Assembly (NCBI RefSeq): GCF_026571515.1
Contig: NW_026857641.1
Span: 1 to 64,000 of the forward strand
From: Ruditapes philippinarum
Taxonomy: Eukaryota
Direction of reading: 5' to 3'
DNA: 64,000 nucleotides
The translations under genes and the position numbers were made by a program. The first letter of the stretch is position 1. Each line of letters begins with the position of its first letter. Under the pieces are notes generated by a model. It did no database searches. It was not told the origin of the DNA and saw only the letters and a program-made list of their open reading frames with translations. Of the stretch, positions 26,599 through 40,211 are shown piece by piece.

Positions 26599-27109
26599 CA
26601 TAACAAATCTGAATAGTACACCCCAACATATCTGACAAATAAAACCTAGTGCTGAACTAGAATACCTAAACTGTATCAAACACCTACACTTTTACATTAA
26701 TCAAATTAACATTTCTCTTAAATCGAAAGCCACCCAGAAACAATTTTCAAAATGAGTGTCAAGATTGTTTCATTACAATCTTCAGCAAAATTGTCTAAAA
26801 TTGCAAGAAAAACTTCACAGATCCCACTGCTTTTGGCATTTTTACTAATGGAATGTTGAAAATCCAGAAATCACCAATTTGGATGTGAAGATAAAATCAA
26901 TGGTAGCGCTTCTTATTTAACAAGAAAAGCTGAGAAGAAAATGCCTTCCTAAGATAGCTTCCACCAATTAAGAAGTCTATAATGTAAGAACATATGTCAC
27001 CCTAAAGTTGACAAATTGAATCAACACCCATCAATGAAGTTATCACCATCATCTCTCTCAGACTGTGAAATAAATCTTCCACCTAAAACCTGCTATAGCT
27101 ATATTCTCA

Positions 27110-27350
27110 AAGAAATTTAAAATGGAACATAAAATTGCATATTCTCATAAAATTCAAAGGAAAATTGCCATGGCATACGTACATGTATATGCATAGAAAT
27201 ATAAAGGGAACATGCCATGAAATAGTCTCAAAGACATTAAAATGAAACCTATAATGGCAATATTCTCATAGAAATTAAAAAGGCAAAATCTTATATGGTA
27301 TCTTCGCCTAGAAATTGAAAGGGAAACCTGCCATGGCACTTTCTCATAGT
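27110..27350. repeat. Degenerate ~34-bp minisatellite
   Basis: Repeated 'aaatt.aaagg.aaa..tgccatggca.attctcata' units. Confidence 0.7.
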
Positions 27351-30300
27351 AGTTGATATTTTGAAGTAACAGCAGTTTGTTAACCTTTAGACTCCGGGAA
27401 ATAATACTTTAATTTTAAGTAAAGAACAAATAATCACAAACCAAGAAATACTGTAAAAGCTATATGTAATCATGACAGTGACTTTACAGTATTTATCACC
27501 ATATTTCTACTGCATAACTAATGCCTAAGTCACGCGTAATATCTGCCGATGTCCATCCAGCCAACATGACAATAGGACAACAACAGCTGCAAATTTTGCT
27601 CATCGGGCAGTCGTCGTCGAGATTTAAGAACTACTTAAAAGCTAACTGCGCTTGGGCGATAATAGTTGGCGAACAAGTTTCGCCCAGTACTGGGACAATT
27701 TATGCACAGGCACCAGGCGGTCATCGCTTTGTCGTACGGGGATTGCGCGGCTTGAGTTTGTTGTAATTGCGGCTTGAGATTTTTCTAGTTGCCTGAAAAT
27801 GTATCTGTGAATTCCATTTGATTTATTATGAAACCTATGTTTGAGCAAGAACGTCTACGGGTATTATTATTAAGGAAAAGGCAACCTACAATTGATGCAT
27901 TATTTGCTTGGTCTTCATCTTTTCTCTATCAAATGCCTTCTTTGCTGGCATATTGAGCACTGACTGATTTTTAAATGAATATCATAAAATACCAAGCCTT
28001 TACCGCCCAGCGCATTTTTTATTTTTAATACCAAGTTACTGGACAAAAAGTTGTAAAAAAAAGCTGTCCAAGGAAAAGTGTGCTCCACTTTTTTTTCAGT
28101 GCTGGATAATAAACTGCAATAAACTTTCTAAATAAATAAAAGGATCAAAGTGACCTTGACCTTTTGAATGAAATGAGTATGACTCTGCATGACCACCAGC
28201 TTTGTGTTCTATCATAAGTTTCCAGTGACCTTGACCTTTTGACCTGAAAATGGTTGTGGAAGGTAGAACTCAGTATCCAGTTTTAATATTATAGTTATGT
28301 TAGTTATTTAAAGTTTATGACCATAAACATTGTTAAACCTACACCACCAAGTGGGTCATGACAATCCAGGGACAGTTTGATACCTTATCCTTTACCATTT
28401 GTAGCAAACTTATTTTTTAAGTGACAGCAACAGGACCCAATAAAAATGAAATTCTAAAAGGAAATGATTTTGCGTATCTTGTTTGATGTATATCAATTAT
28501 TATAGTCTGTCTATCAATATTTATTTTTAAGGTATAATTTTTTTTAACTGCTTTTATATTTTCTACCCCGTGATTCCCAAAAATTCAAGTCCTTCCAAAT
28601 GAAATTGGGGCCTTATATTCTTATATAACTGAAAGCAAAAACTGAACAGCTTACCGGTATATCAAAGACAGTACAGACTGGCTTGGCTATACAATGGAAG
28701 CATATTGCTGTTAGGTTTCCAAAGTACAATGTAGAATAGATGTTGGTAAACTGACTAAAGAATGAATCAAAGTGTGGTGAAAGCTTTTACTATCTTATTA
28801 CATTGTCTACAAGGATTTAATAACACAGTCTGTTCTTGTACTCATAAATCTTGATGGCTCTTTAAGTGAGTGAAACATAAAAATAATGTGCAGTGTCTAG
28901 CTCGGATTTTAAGTTTCATGACCAATTTCAATTGCATGGTATAAATATATAGGTGTTCTGAACATCTTTGCTGATATAGTTTTATTCAAATTGTCCAAAA
29001 TTTGCTACTTTGACAAAAATTTATTTTTAAAAAATGTTAACTTTGACAATTAAGTCCTACATATAAAAGGATAGCAAAAATAAATACATATGGTAAACAG
29101 GATCAAAGAAGTTGTATTGACAGCCATTGTGTTGTCATATACCTGTCTCAATGAGAGGGTATTTTAAGCTATAATCAAATTATGACAATTTTTCCCCTCC
29201 TTGTTCCAATGATTAAGCTACTTACTTCTCATTATTTTATGACAGCTCTTATAATTGTTCTGTTGTTGAGAGAGAAAGTAATTTCATCATTAAATCTATA
29301 TTTAGAGTCGAGAGAAAAAACAAACAATTTCATCATTAATTCTATATTTAGAATAATCAGCCTGATCATGTTTACAAGGAAGCTTGATGTATTCAAACCT
29401 CCCCCAACATCGCTGATGACAAGATGTTTACATTAGCAGCGAAAATTTGCTATTTGACTGAAATCAATACCAAGTTTGATATAAGGTCTAGTCTTCAATG
29501 TTACAGGAATCATGCCAAAATCTCTTAAAGATTTTTCATAATGAAGTTTCAAAATATCTGATGCTGAAACATCATGTGTTTGAGTTACCAAATGCCCATC
29601 AACTGTGTTGACTGTTGTTTTATCAAAATATAGACTAAAACTTGTAACACCCTATATTCTAGTATAGTCCTCTAGCTAGGATTACTTTACATCTATTTTC
29701 TTTAAAAAAAAGTAATACACTACACAATTTGTTGTGGTAGTCTTTAACATCCAGTTAAGTCACAATCTTTCTTTTTAACTGGCATTCTTGTCAATAAAAA
29801 AATTACTTGACAAATTAAAATCTGAAACTTGTTACGTTAAATTGGCATGGTATTACCTTGTTTATGTAGACTTAAGAATATAACTCGGGGGAAGGGGCTG
29901 AAATAAACCTTGAGAAATTTGTTTATATTTTGTCTGAAAAGTATTGATTTTAAAAGTATTCCAAATACATTTATGAGTTTGAAAGAAAATACAAGAAGTT
30001 TTGAAAATTACATGCAATGCAATAGGGATCATATAGGTGTATTAGACCTAAGGAAATGGTTGCTTGAGTGTTTAATGTACATGTTTATGAATGTAAATAT
30101 TATAGCATACTTTAGTTCCCAAAATATACAATATTTAGCTCCCTTGACAAAAGTGTAACAATTTTTGGGGTCATTATCAGGGAGTCAAACATAGAGAGGT
30201 ACCATACTTTTTAAAGCGATGTGAAATGATAAGATATTCAGTATTGGCAAATGCCACTGAGGCATAACAACTCTTGCCTTTTGTTTTCACAGAGGAAAAG

Positions 30301-30687
30301 CACAGCATTTTGGCTTATCAGAAACAAAACAAATCTAACGGTGGTGTGTAGGAAGATACCACAGTCATTCTGTTCCATTTGTTTTAGAAAGGTTACAAAT
30401 TAATGTACCTTAAAAGATATTTTGACAATAAAACCATAAAGGTAACATTATGTTATTACACAGCCTTTTTGTTTCTTAGAAATACAATGATGTTTAAGCC
30501 CAAATCTATAAGATCAAAATTATCAAATCTTAAATTTCCAGAAAACTTGCGAATATTCATTTGACTGACCAATCCTGTATGTTATGTTTATCACTCTCAA
30601 AGATTTCCTGAAACCCACATACTTCCAAAGAGGACAGTCAACTTCTACATTATACAAAAACAAAGATATCAATAACTTTTGTTAATG

Positions 30688-32143
30688 AACCATTTTTGCG
30701 ACGGACGCGCCCTCAGGCGCGTTCAGAGCTAAGTCATCTACACATGGGATTTCGTTGGCTACACTCGCGCAATGTGTCCTAAACCAATTAACAGCCCAAG
30801 AAATAGTACATGAATTTGATCCTTCAAAACTCCCATACTTTGTCTGGATATCTTAATGTCTTCCATATTTAGCCTTTTCAATTTCAAATTAAGTTATCCA
30901 AGTTAAAATATGAACGTATATTATTGATAAAAACGTTGTAGTCCCGTAGAATTATTGCGCAATATGCAAATTACTGCTGAAACGATTTACCGCAGTCGAA
31001 AAAGTAGGACAGCAAATTATACTACAATAAAGTGTAACCTCTGAGTTCCAAGACATTATTAGTAGGGAATAAATATTTCTACATTATACAAAACATTATT
31101 ATTAACAAATCAAAAGTTTTTCGTGACTCTAGGATAACTCGCGCATTAATAAAAGAAGAACTATTTTCGTGACTCATACCGCGGGTTTAGCTGAATATTC
31201 AGCAGTTATTAATATATTAGATACAGTTCAATGGCTAGTATAAATATCTATTTTTGAAAATGCATGTAAGACACTTTACCGCCATGTAGTCTTGAAATCA
31301 TGGTAAGGAAGTTATAATATCAGTTCTACTTCCGATTCTTGTGGTTTGTTTACATATTTTACTAGGTCATGATATGAGTTAACCTTCGATATTCTAAAAA
31401 TAGATTCTGCTTTACCTGTTCTGATTTTTGGACAGGCGATTAGGAAGTACAACCAGCGGATTGTAATGCAATAGTTTTAGAAATGCTATACAATTGTAAG
31501 AAGCAAACAAGTTGAAAATGGAATTTAGTGTGAAGTTGAAAAGGACAACTAAACACTGTAGTGCTTAAGTGACATTTAAATTAAAATAAAAACGATGTGC
31601 TCTGGCCTCTACATCTTTACCTTGTAAATAAAAAAAATCTAAGAAATACACTATTAATTGCTGATGATTTTAACCAATTTTTTTTTAATGAGACATATCC
31701 AAGAGAAATAAAAATACAAATGACTTATATTTTATTGTCTGTATGCCCACTATGATATAACACGAAGCAATTCTAAATAGCATTCTCAAATGTACAATGT
31801 ATTATGTTTGAAGTTTATTTGCCTGGATTTATTCTAGAAATATTTCGTTGATAGTTTTTTTTTTCTATTTACATATCATTTCTTAGAATAAATCGATAAG
31901 GACACTGATTTACAAGTTTGACCAGAGTTTTTAGGCATAAATTTCATTCTGTATTTAAGTGCTTGAAAGTAGAAAATCTGAATTATATCAATTTGGGACA
32001 CAAAATATATTGCTCTACAAATCTCGAACTTGTATGGAACAAATTTTCTCTGTTATATATTTTGTGTTTTGTTTTTATTTTGTTTTGTTTTTCTAAAAGA
32101 AGCCTTGGTGTCTCTCCGGTTGCATGTCCGTCGCATTCAGTGC
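30688..32143. mobile_element. Possible old non-autonomous DNA transposon
   Basis: Inverted TGCGACGGAC (~30697) / GTCCGTCGCA (~32126) near the ends; CpG-rich interior; no clean TSD. Confidence 0.35.
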
Positions 32144-32198
32144 TGCAGCACTTTGATTATCTGGGTTAACATCCCCTTCATACCAGACTATATAATAA

Positions 32199-32390
32199 AT
32201 GAGCCGCGTCATGACAAAACCAACATAATGGGTTTGAGACCAGCACGGATCCAGACCAGCCTGCGCATCCACGCAGTATGATCAGGATCCATGCTGTTCG
32301 CTTACCAACTCTTTTACAAGTAGAGATACTGATAGCGAACAGCATGGATCCTGATCAGACTGCGTGGTTTTGTCATGACGCGGCTCAAAT
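32199..32390. mobile_element. Foldback MITE family A, internally deleted copy
   Basis: ATGAGCCGCGTCATGACAAAACC / GGTTTTGTCATGACGCGGCTCA inverted ends. Confidence 0.9.
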
Positions 32391-32580
32391 AATATGGTAT
32401 AAATGAGTATGAAACCTACTATCAGTCCAACTGAAAGAGTTGGTATATAATAACCTAATCAGATAAAACCAATGGTAGGACCACCTATATGATTGTATTA
32501 TGTATATTGGACTTGGTCAAATTATTTCGATTATCATTAAAGTCAGAACTCAAATGATGCTAACATTGGTATTTAAAAAT

Positions 32581-33445
32581 ACCAGGAGATGTCAGGTGAA
32601 TATAGTGGCAAGCTGCTAGGTAAATCTTGTGGAGAGATGCCAGGTGAATCTGGTGGCAAAATGCCAGGTGAATCTGGTGGCAAAATGCCAGGTGAATCTG
32701 TAGGCAAGATGTCAGGTGAATCTGGTAGCAAGATGCCAGGTGATTCTGGTGGCAAGATGCCAGAAGAATCTGGTGACAAGATGCCAGATGAATCTGGAGG
32801 CAAGATGCCAGACGAATCTGGTGGCAAGATGCCAGGTGAATCTGGTGGCAAGATGTCAGGTGAATCTGGTGGCAAGATGTCAGATGAATCTGGAGGCAAG
32901 ATGCCAGGTGAATCTAGTGACAAGATGCCAGGTGAATCTGGTGACAAGACGCCAGATGAATCTGGTGGCAAGATTTTAAGTGAATCTGGTGCAAGATGCC
33001 AGGTGATTCTGGTGGCAAGATGCCAGGTGAATTTGATGGCAAGATGCCAGGTGAATCTTGTGGCAAGATGCCAGGTGAATCTGGTGCGAGATGCCAGGTG
33101 AATCTGGTCGAGAGATGACAGGTGAATCTTGTGGCAAGATGACAGGTAAATCTGGTGGCGAGATGCCCGGTGAATCTTAGGCAAGATGACAGGTGAATCT
33201 GATGGCAAGATGTAAGGTGAATTTGGTGGCATGATGCTAGGTGAATCTGGTGGCAAAATGCCAGGTGAATCTGGTAGCAAGATGCCAGGTGAATCTGGTG
33301 GCAAGATGACAGGTGAATCTGGTGGCAAGATGCCAGATGAATCTGGTGGCAAGATGCCAGATGAATCTGGTGGCAAGATGCCAGGTGAATCTGGTGGCAA
33401 GATGCCAGGTGAATCTGGTGGCAAGATGTCAGGTGAATCTGGTAG
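32581..33445. repeat. 24-bp minisatellite (GGTGAATCTGGTGGCAAGATGCCA)n, ~35 copies
   Basis: Directly visible; some 23-bp units in the centre shift the frame. Confidence 0.97.
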
Positions 33446-34810
33446 AGAGTGGTAACTATTTTGGGCTGATATAGATTTCCATGTGTTCAATTTCTGGCAA
33501 CCATATTAAGTCCATAAACACTGGTATTATGATATAGTCACTATCCCAAAAAGTCATTGGCACTCAATAAAGATAGACTAGCCTCTCCATGGATTTTCAG
33601 CTTGGATTGATTAATCTCTTGCTTTCCAGCCATGTCATACCTGAGATAGGTAGCTGCCAGCCTTTACTTACTTCCTGCCCTGTAAATTCAGAGTGACAAG
33701 CTATTTTCCCCTTTCTCTTTAAGGTCCACTCACTCAATACACTGACCATTTAGTTTTAACTATTTTTGTGTGTCAAAATTCACTGTTTTGCCAGTATTTG
33801 CATCAAGGTATATTCTTACCACTACCTTTTAACTGTTTGTTTTTTAGGAAATGAATCATGATTTGTCACTAGATTGTACTCTTTGAATGATCCTTATTAA
33901 ACATAAAGGAACACATAAATCAACAAAGAAAATTTTACCTTCTGTAAGGCTTAAACGGTCTATATTAAGGCCCTCAAGTGGTCACATAACTAAAATTCTT
34001 TCTAGGCTAATATCTCATCATCTAATTAAAACTAATTAGTATAGAGTAATGATACTGCATTGCATGTTATGTAGAAAATTTCTGAAACAAGCAGATATTA
34101 TTCTATATTCTATATCTTGGACAGTCTACAAAGAATCCATCTATTTCTTTAAGCAAGTTATATGTCAGGCTCTCCCTAGCAAAATTCAATAGCAATCTTT
34201 TCAATAAAACATTTCTTCCTGCATTGTCAAGTGAACTTTCCCTCTGTCAAGATGCTGCTTTCAGCTGTGCGAAATAACAAATGTCAACAAAGGCTGAATG
34301 CACAAGAAAAGTAATTAAAATTTCTTCATCGACAATGTGAATAAAGCAGCTAGTTTGTGTGTTTCAAATCTCTCAGACATTCATTAAACAAAGCTATATT
34401 TAAAAGAGTTCCACTGAGGTTAAAAGGCCTTAAAATATAAAATTAGAAATTCTTACAAAGATCAAAGTATGCACTTTAAACAGAAAATATGCAAAATATG
34501 TAAAGAAATACACTCACTTTTAAACTGAAAACCTATTTTTTGTTCGAGTGAAACAAACGGAGTGAACCAATCAAATTTAACGCATCAAGACCTATTATGA
34601 TCATAAATGGTACACAAAACTATAAAATTACAAATTTTCAGTCCCTTAATGTAAAATAAATCCAGTATAGTACCTTAAAATGATGAAACATTTAGGTAGA
34701 AAAAGTTTTACCAGCATTTCAAACAGCTTTTATTGATACAATATATACATTTTTTGGGGTCATATTCCAAGGTCAGTCCCTCAAACCAGCTTTTCTGGAT
34801 ATGTGATTAT

Positions 34811-35169
34811 CAGTGACTTTTTTTTTCAATTTTCAAAATAACCTGTGGCTCTCTGAAGCGAAAATATAGCACAATAAATCAGAAAAGGGGAAAAACTTGA
34901 AATCAAATTCCGACAGTTGAAAATGGAATTGACCAACACATTGTATAAAATTTTCATTTTCAATTCAATTTGACATGCATGGTACATAGTAGTAGCTATC
35001 TATAAGGACAGCTTTCTGTCTTCTAGCTGATATAAATCAGATGCTGTTAACTCATGGTTCTGCTAAGGAAGGGCACGAGGCATTTAAGGGAAAATTGTAG
35101 CATTTTTAGGGGAAATTATACCTATTTTGGGCTAGGGGAAATAGCCTTTATACAGTAAAAAAATCACTG
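34811..35169. mobile_element. MITE with 5-bp TSD (hAT5-like)
   Basis: TIR CAGTGA(C/T)TTTTTT; flanks ATTAT/ATTAC; repeated GGGGAAA subterminal motifs; architecture like 60416-60737. Confidence 0.55.
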
Positions 35170-36448
35170 ATTACTAACCAGTAATTTTCAATTTCTCCCA
35201 AAGCTGAAAGGGACCAACTTTAGTTTGAATCCTATGTGATATCTGAATCAGCGGTGAGGGACAAATGTCACCACCAGGCTCAATGTCTGAGATCAGTTGT
35301 TACAAAGAAATGTTACAAAGAAATTTTGCCATGCACGAGAGTCAAACGATTACAAACCTGATTCTGATGCTCTCCCTTTTGTGCCATGGAAGCAAACTTT
35401 ATTATGTACTGCAGAATTAAGTACATTTTTATTCTTTACTACATATTGTACAGGTTTCTTTGGGAAGGGTATTCTTCTCTTAGTCATCTCCAAAATATCA
35501 GATAATTCATCAGATTTCATTTTTTTTTTCTATGTTAACTTTTTCTTTTATTTCAATTTTATATAAAATTGTACATCTTAAATAGCAGGAGTGACTTTTC
35601 TTCAATTTTGTTCAATAATACTAGGATTGTTTTAATTGCAAATTTTCTCAAGTCATTATGACACCATTTGCATTAAACGAAAATTCAACTTTTATTAAAA
35701 GTAAAAATTTTTTGGTCAAAACTTACCTCTGGGTAATTAAAACATGAAAAAGAGTAACAATTATATATGAATTAAATGACTGATAAACATACTTGTGCCA
35801 TGGAATAATCATTACACTTTCAGAACAATTTTGTTATTATTCATTGTTTACAACATTTGAATTTGAATGTTGAAGCCATTTTACTTACAAAACGTTATTT
35901 TCATGTGCATTTGTTTAGTATGCAAGCTTGCTGTTGAACCCTTATCTGCCGTATAATACATATGAATCAAGTCATATAATTATTTAGAGAGATAAGGGAA
36001 GGTGCTAGGCCTTATATTAGGAGAGATATAAAGTATTGAGGTTGCTGTGACAAAAGGGGGGAGAGGGGAGAGTTATCAATAGAAATTTCAGTCCCAATCC
36101 CTACCCCCCCCCCCCCACATCCTCATGCCAATACCTATGCTAATATATAGACAGAATACAAGCTCTGTAGACAATCTATTACAGGCCAGCTGTGAAAAAA
36201 GACGTTAACAATTAGTCTGTCTGACCCTAGTTCCTAAATTTGATTGCTCATGACCCTATCATTGATTTTTGCCACAACTTCAATGATCCGGTAAGAAACC
36301 TATGACTGGAGTGGAGTGGATATTTGGCAACTTGTGAAGATCAATGTTAACTTTACTTACAGAATTGAATTTTATCTAAACTTAAAGATAATGTTCATAA
36401 CTGTTCATAAATATCATTATTCTCTACATACATATACATAATATGAAT

Positions 36449-36673
36449 GGGAGCAGTGGCCTAGTGGTTTAGGTGTCTGCCTCTCGACCTGAGGATGATC
36501 CCCCAGATCATGGGTTTGGGCAATTCTTGGGTCATGACTTATATAATATTTCTTCATATGACACTAGTATACTGGTTGGTTCCAGGAGTTGGACTTGAAA
36601 GTGATTAATGTAATTTGCATGAACTTGTATAGAAATACAGCTTAAATTATATAAAGTATGTTTAAACTAAATA
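36449..36673 (+). mobile_element. Second tRNA-derived SINE family, decayed
   Basis: A-box GTGGCCTAGTGGTT, decayed B-box, unrelated body, A-rich tail AAACTAAATAA. Confidence 0.6.
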
Positions 36674-37443
36674 ATATTTCTCAGTCAATAAGAGCCTTAA
36701 TTAAATTTAATCTCTAAGTTTAAGAAAAGAAAGAAGAAAAATACAATCATTTAATACCGAAGCACATTTATAGTTTATATAATAATTCTAAGAATGTATA
36801 TATCCAAAATAATAGACATATCAGCTTGTTGATTGTAAGTCTAAGTTGGGAAAAATTAATACATATCAAAGTGAAATCATACTTTATTAGGACTAATATC
36901 TATATAGTATGTTGCTCTCATTGCACCTTGTGAATGAAATGTAATGGTAATCAAATTAGTTTGTCATTTCACTGCTACAGTAATATTAATAGGTTAATTG
37001 ATTCATTGGGCATTATTATGTATAATAGATGATAGATCTCTATATATTTTATAAATTTATTTTCTATTTTATAGACTGTTGGAAATAACATGTTTACTGA
37101 TATCCAACTTCAAAGTTTACTTGTCATTTACTTAACAACCATCTTATGAAAAGATTTATAAATTAAAGCTGCTTGGACATATACACAGTTATACTATACA
37201 ATAGTCTTTCAGCATCACAATAATGCAAGCGTTTACCCGATTTAGATCTTCCATATGTTAGAAGATTTGGGAACATAATTATCATTTGACCTATCAAATT
37301 TACCCATTCATGTTGATAAAAAGCCTTAAAACTTTACTTTAAATTCAATTAATGTTCACAAATTAACGTTTACGTTGAACTAATACAACATTTACCATAT
37401 GTGGAAAAAATGGAATCCAAGCGTTTCTGCGACAAAGACTTAC

Positions 37444-37555
37444 CAATTGTACCCAATGGAAATTGACGATCAATTTGCAGAGCTAAACATGGGCATTTTC
37501 CGACACATATTGACAGTAAAATTCCAGCAAGAATCGCGTTATATTTGCTCCACAT
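37444..37555 (-). CDS. Putative first coding exon (signal peptide) of a secreted/membrane protein, possibly ionotropic glutamate receptor-like
   Basis: ATG..MWSKYNAILAGILLSICVGKCPCLA-LQIDRQFPLGTI then G|GTAAGT, a perfect phase-1 donor. Basic n-region, hydrophobic h-region and small-residue cleavage site; CpG-rich region immediately upstream. The family guess is inference only. Confidence 0.6.
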
Positions 37556-37639
37556 ATTTATTTACAAACAAGCCATCTCCCTACCACTTTAAAATAAAAG
37601 TTCCTCTAAAAATATACGTATAAATTTGATAACACATTT

Positions 37640-37990
37640 CGTCTTCTAGATGCTTGTTGATGCTGGCAGGTGCCCTATGAATATTCAGTAAGTCCCCGAT
37701 GACGTCGCATTGACGATGTCACTCTGCGTTCCATAGTTGTAAATCGATTTTTGCTATCAATAGAGAAGGGAAAATATTGGTAAACGGAGGGATTGTCCAG
37801 TTATACGTGGGAATGAACGTAGCAGATTTATTGTCGCAGAAATCAATTAAAGTCTAAATCAAACCAATATGCCCGAGGTGCACGTGTTAATTGTGACAGG
37901 CCACGATAGTCAGAACACACGCACAAACCGTGTAACACCTAGAGCAGTCTTCCGTGTCGTTTATTGGGTTCATGTTCAACTGACACGCTT
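37640..37990 (-). promoter_or_regulatory. CpG-enriched promoter region of the minus-strand gene with a CRE-like site
   Basis: Local CpG enrichment; TGACGTCG (37700-37707); TGAATATTCA palindrome (37678-37687); E-box CACGTG (~37881). Confidence 0.4.
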
Positions 37991-38313
37991 CATGATCATT
38001 TCATTGATATTTTCAGAAAAGTTATATTATTAGAAATGTATTTTATTTTATATTTGAAATTGTACGTAATTTTAGTATTGAAATTTGATTAAATTATTTA
38101 TACATTTGTATTTAAGATCCTGTATGGAGGTGAAGATGTGCCCATATGTAGTTTAAAATAATATCAGGGTAGATTTATGATTATTTTATTAAGTCGCCAT
38201 ATCAAGTATAAGACCAAGGTTCAGGTTGCATTAATCGACATAATAAGAAGTATAAAAATTTCAATTATGATATTATTTGTATATAAAACAACAACAACAA
38301 ACGGGTATAAATT

Positions 38314-38343
38314 CAGGGTCCTTCAAATATTTGAAAGACCCTG
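38314..38343. mobile_element. 30-bp minimal palindromic MITE/TIR remnant
   Basis: CAGGGTCCTTCAAATATTTGAAAGACCCTG flanked by ATAAATT/GTAAATT (7-bp near-TSD). Confidence 0.5.
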
Positions 38344-39875
38344 GTAAATTTGACCAACTTTGTATACAGTTGGCATACGAATTCATATGAAGTTTTGATT
38401 TATATATACATATGTGTGCAATTTTGATTGGAAAACGTGCTTTGAGAGCAATTTTGATTAACGTGCAATGCTAAGCGTATAGGCGGCAAATATATCAGTT
38501 TCACATAATTGTGTGCGTGCAATAACATATCGGCAACATAGTCATTTATGACTGAAAATAAATTCAAATTTTTATTGAAACACAAGTTGGCAATTATTTT
38601 TGTAGATAGATATTTTAATATGCTTCAACAATTCTCTAGATTAGAGCGATAATATGTGTATTATACGAGTGAAAATTCCACAATAATTGACGGCAGAAAC
38701 AATTTGTTCACATGGTTCATAACGGAGTAAATCAGACAAGAAGCTAATGCGAAGTTCATCAAATAAAGTTAACTAGAAAATAGATAAACTGTAACTAGAA
38801 AATAGATATATTCTGTAAATGTGAAAGTTCTTGCTAAGGGCATGGACGCCGGATATAACGGTATTAGAGATCTCTGCTCAGAGGAAGTTTTTTCTGCAAA
38901 TGAATTTTATTTCGGTGGTAGAAAAAAGACTCAAAGACACATAATAATGAACTAAAATATACAAGGGCATTGGGATATACTAAATTGTTATAAATATAGT
39001 TTACTCTAGTACGCAATTTGATTGCGGGATATATCAGGAAGTAGTGCCTGAGTCTGCCGATACACTTGTATATCATCTGCAGTAAATTAAATAATGTTTT
39101 CGTAAGTTTCACATCCAGACTAGATAATATGTGTATAGTATCACTCGAATACACGGTTTTTTTTTCAATGTGAATTTTTTATGAAAGGGTGGGAGAGGGG
39201 ATGAACCAGTCAACTGTAACCATGGTCGAATAGTTGAATAGCGGGAACTTGATCAAACTTTGGTATAGGTCACGTAAATCCCTTTGGCTGATGTTTTCTG
39301 AGCTGAACATAGCTATTTTAGCGCGCAATCAAAACCAGCGTATTGACCCGACATTGTGGGGAAAGCATGTGAAGGGAAAGGCTTTGCCCATTTCTCGTGC
39401 TATCCCCTGCACTCAACCCTAGGAGACGGGTTTGACGTTTGACGCTTGATGGAATATAAATGTAGTTTTGACTAATTTTAATTAATTTGAGTAAATATTT
39501 ATTGTCCAATTTAAAAGTTTAACAAAAAAGTTGAACAAGTACGACACTGTGATGGTAAAAGTATTTGCTCTTAATTTCTGTCATCTTGATAATAACCGTT
39601 CATGCAGATGTCTTCCTTAGCGAAACATTAGTATTCCATACCTTATGATTGCATAATAATAAGACATTCAACTGACTCCAGAGTGTCAACAAATCTGCAT
39701 ATCGAGCTGGTCCTTGGCTTAAATGAATGAAGTATATTTATCTTCAAACGTAGCATTTTTTAAAATAAAGACTCGATTTTTACAGCGTGCACGTTTTGCC
39801 TCGGAAACGAAAAAATCATTCTTTAGAAGGATAAAAAGCTGAACAAAAATGGTCGAAGTTAAATGTAAAAATTAA

Positions 39876-40211
39876 AGGGGCTCCACTGAGGTTTTTTGAC
39901 ATGAAGGGACCGAAAATGGTTTTATAACTGGATATATAGGTTTGAACCAAAAACTCGTGTACAAAATAACAAATCATTCGCTCAACCGCTTTCCGGGGAT
40001 GAACAATTTTATAAGAGCAAATGGACCCAAATTGAAAAGTGTTGCAACGCTTTTCACTCAAATTGGCCCAAATATGACATCAAAAGTCTATTATCAATTT
40101 AATACAGAGTATGTTTACATATAATCTAAGAATATTACATAGTTTTTGATTTATGAAAGAATTTCAAATTTTATGATTTTAAACTATATATTAGACCTCA
40201 ATGAAGTTCCT
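39876..40211. mobile_element. Kolobok-like MITE
   Basis: TTAA on both sides; imperfect TIR AGGGGCTCCACTGAGG / CCTCAATGAAGTTCCT (12/16); purine-purine termini. Confidence 0.55.

Noticed and set aside
27521-27848. CpG-rich stretch with short ORFs
   Set aside because: Probably a transposon fragment. I could not find matching termini, a TSD or a protein motif, so it is not called.
32573-33490. 305-aa ORF (PPDSPGIL repeats) and overlapping plus-strand ORFs
   Set aside because: By-product of a 24-bp minisatellite: TTG start, internal register shifts, open on both strands, no good splice sites.
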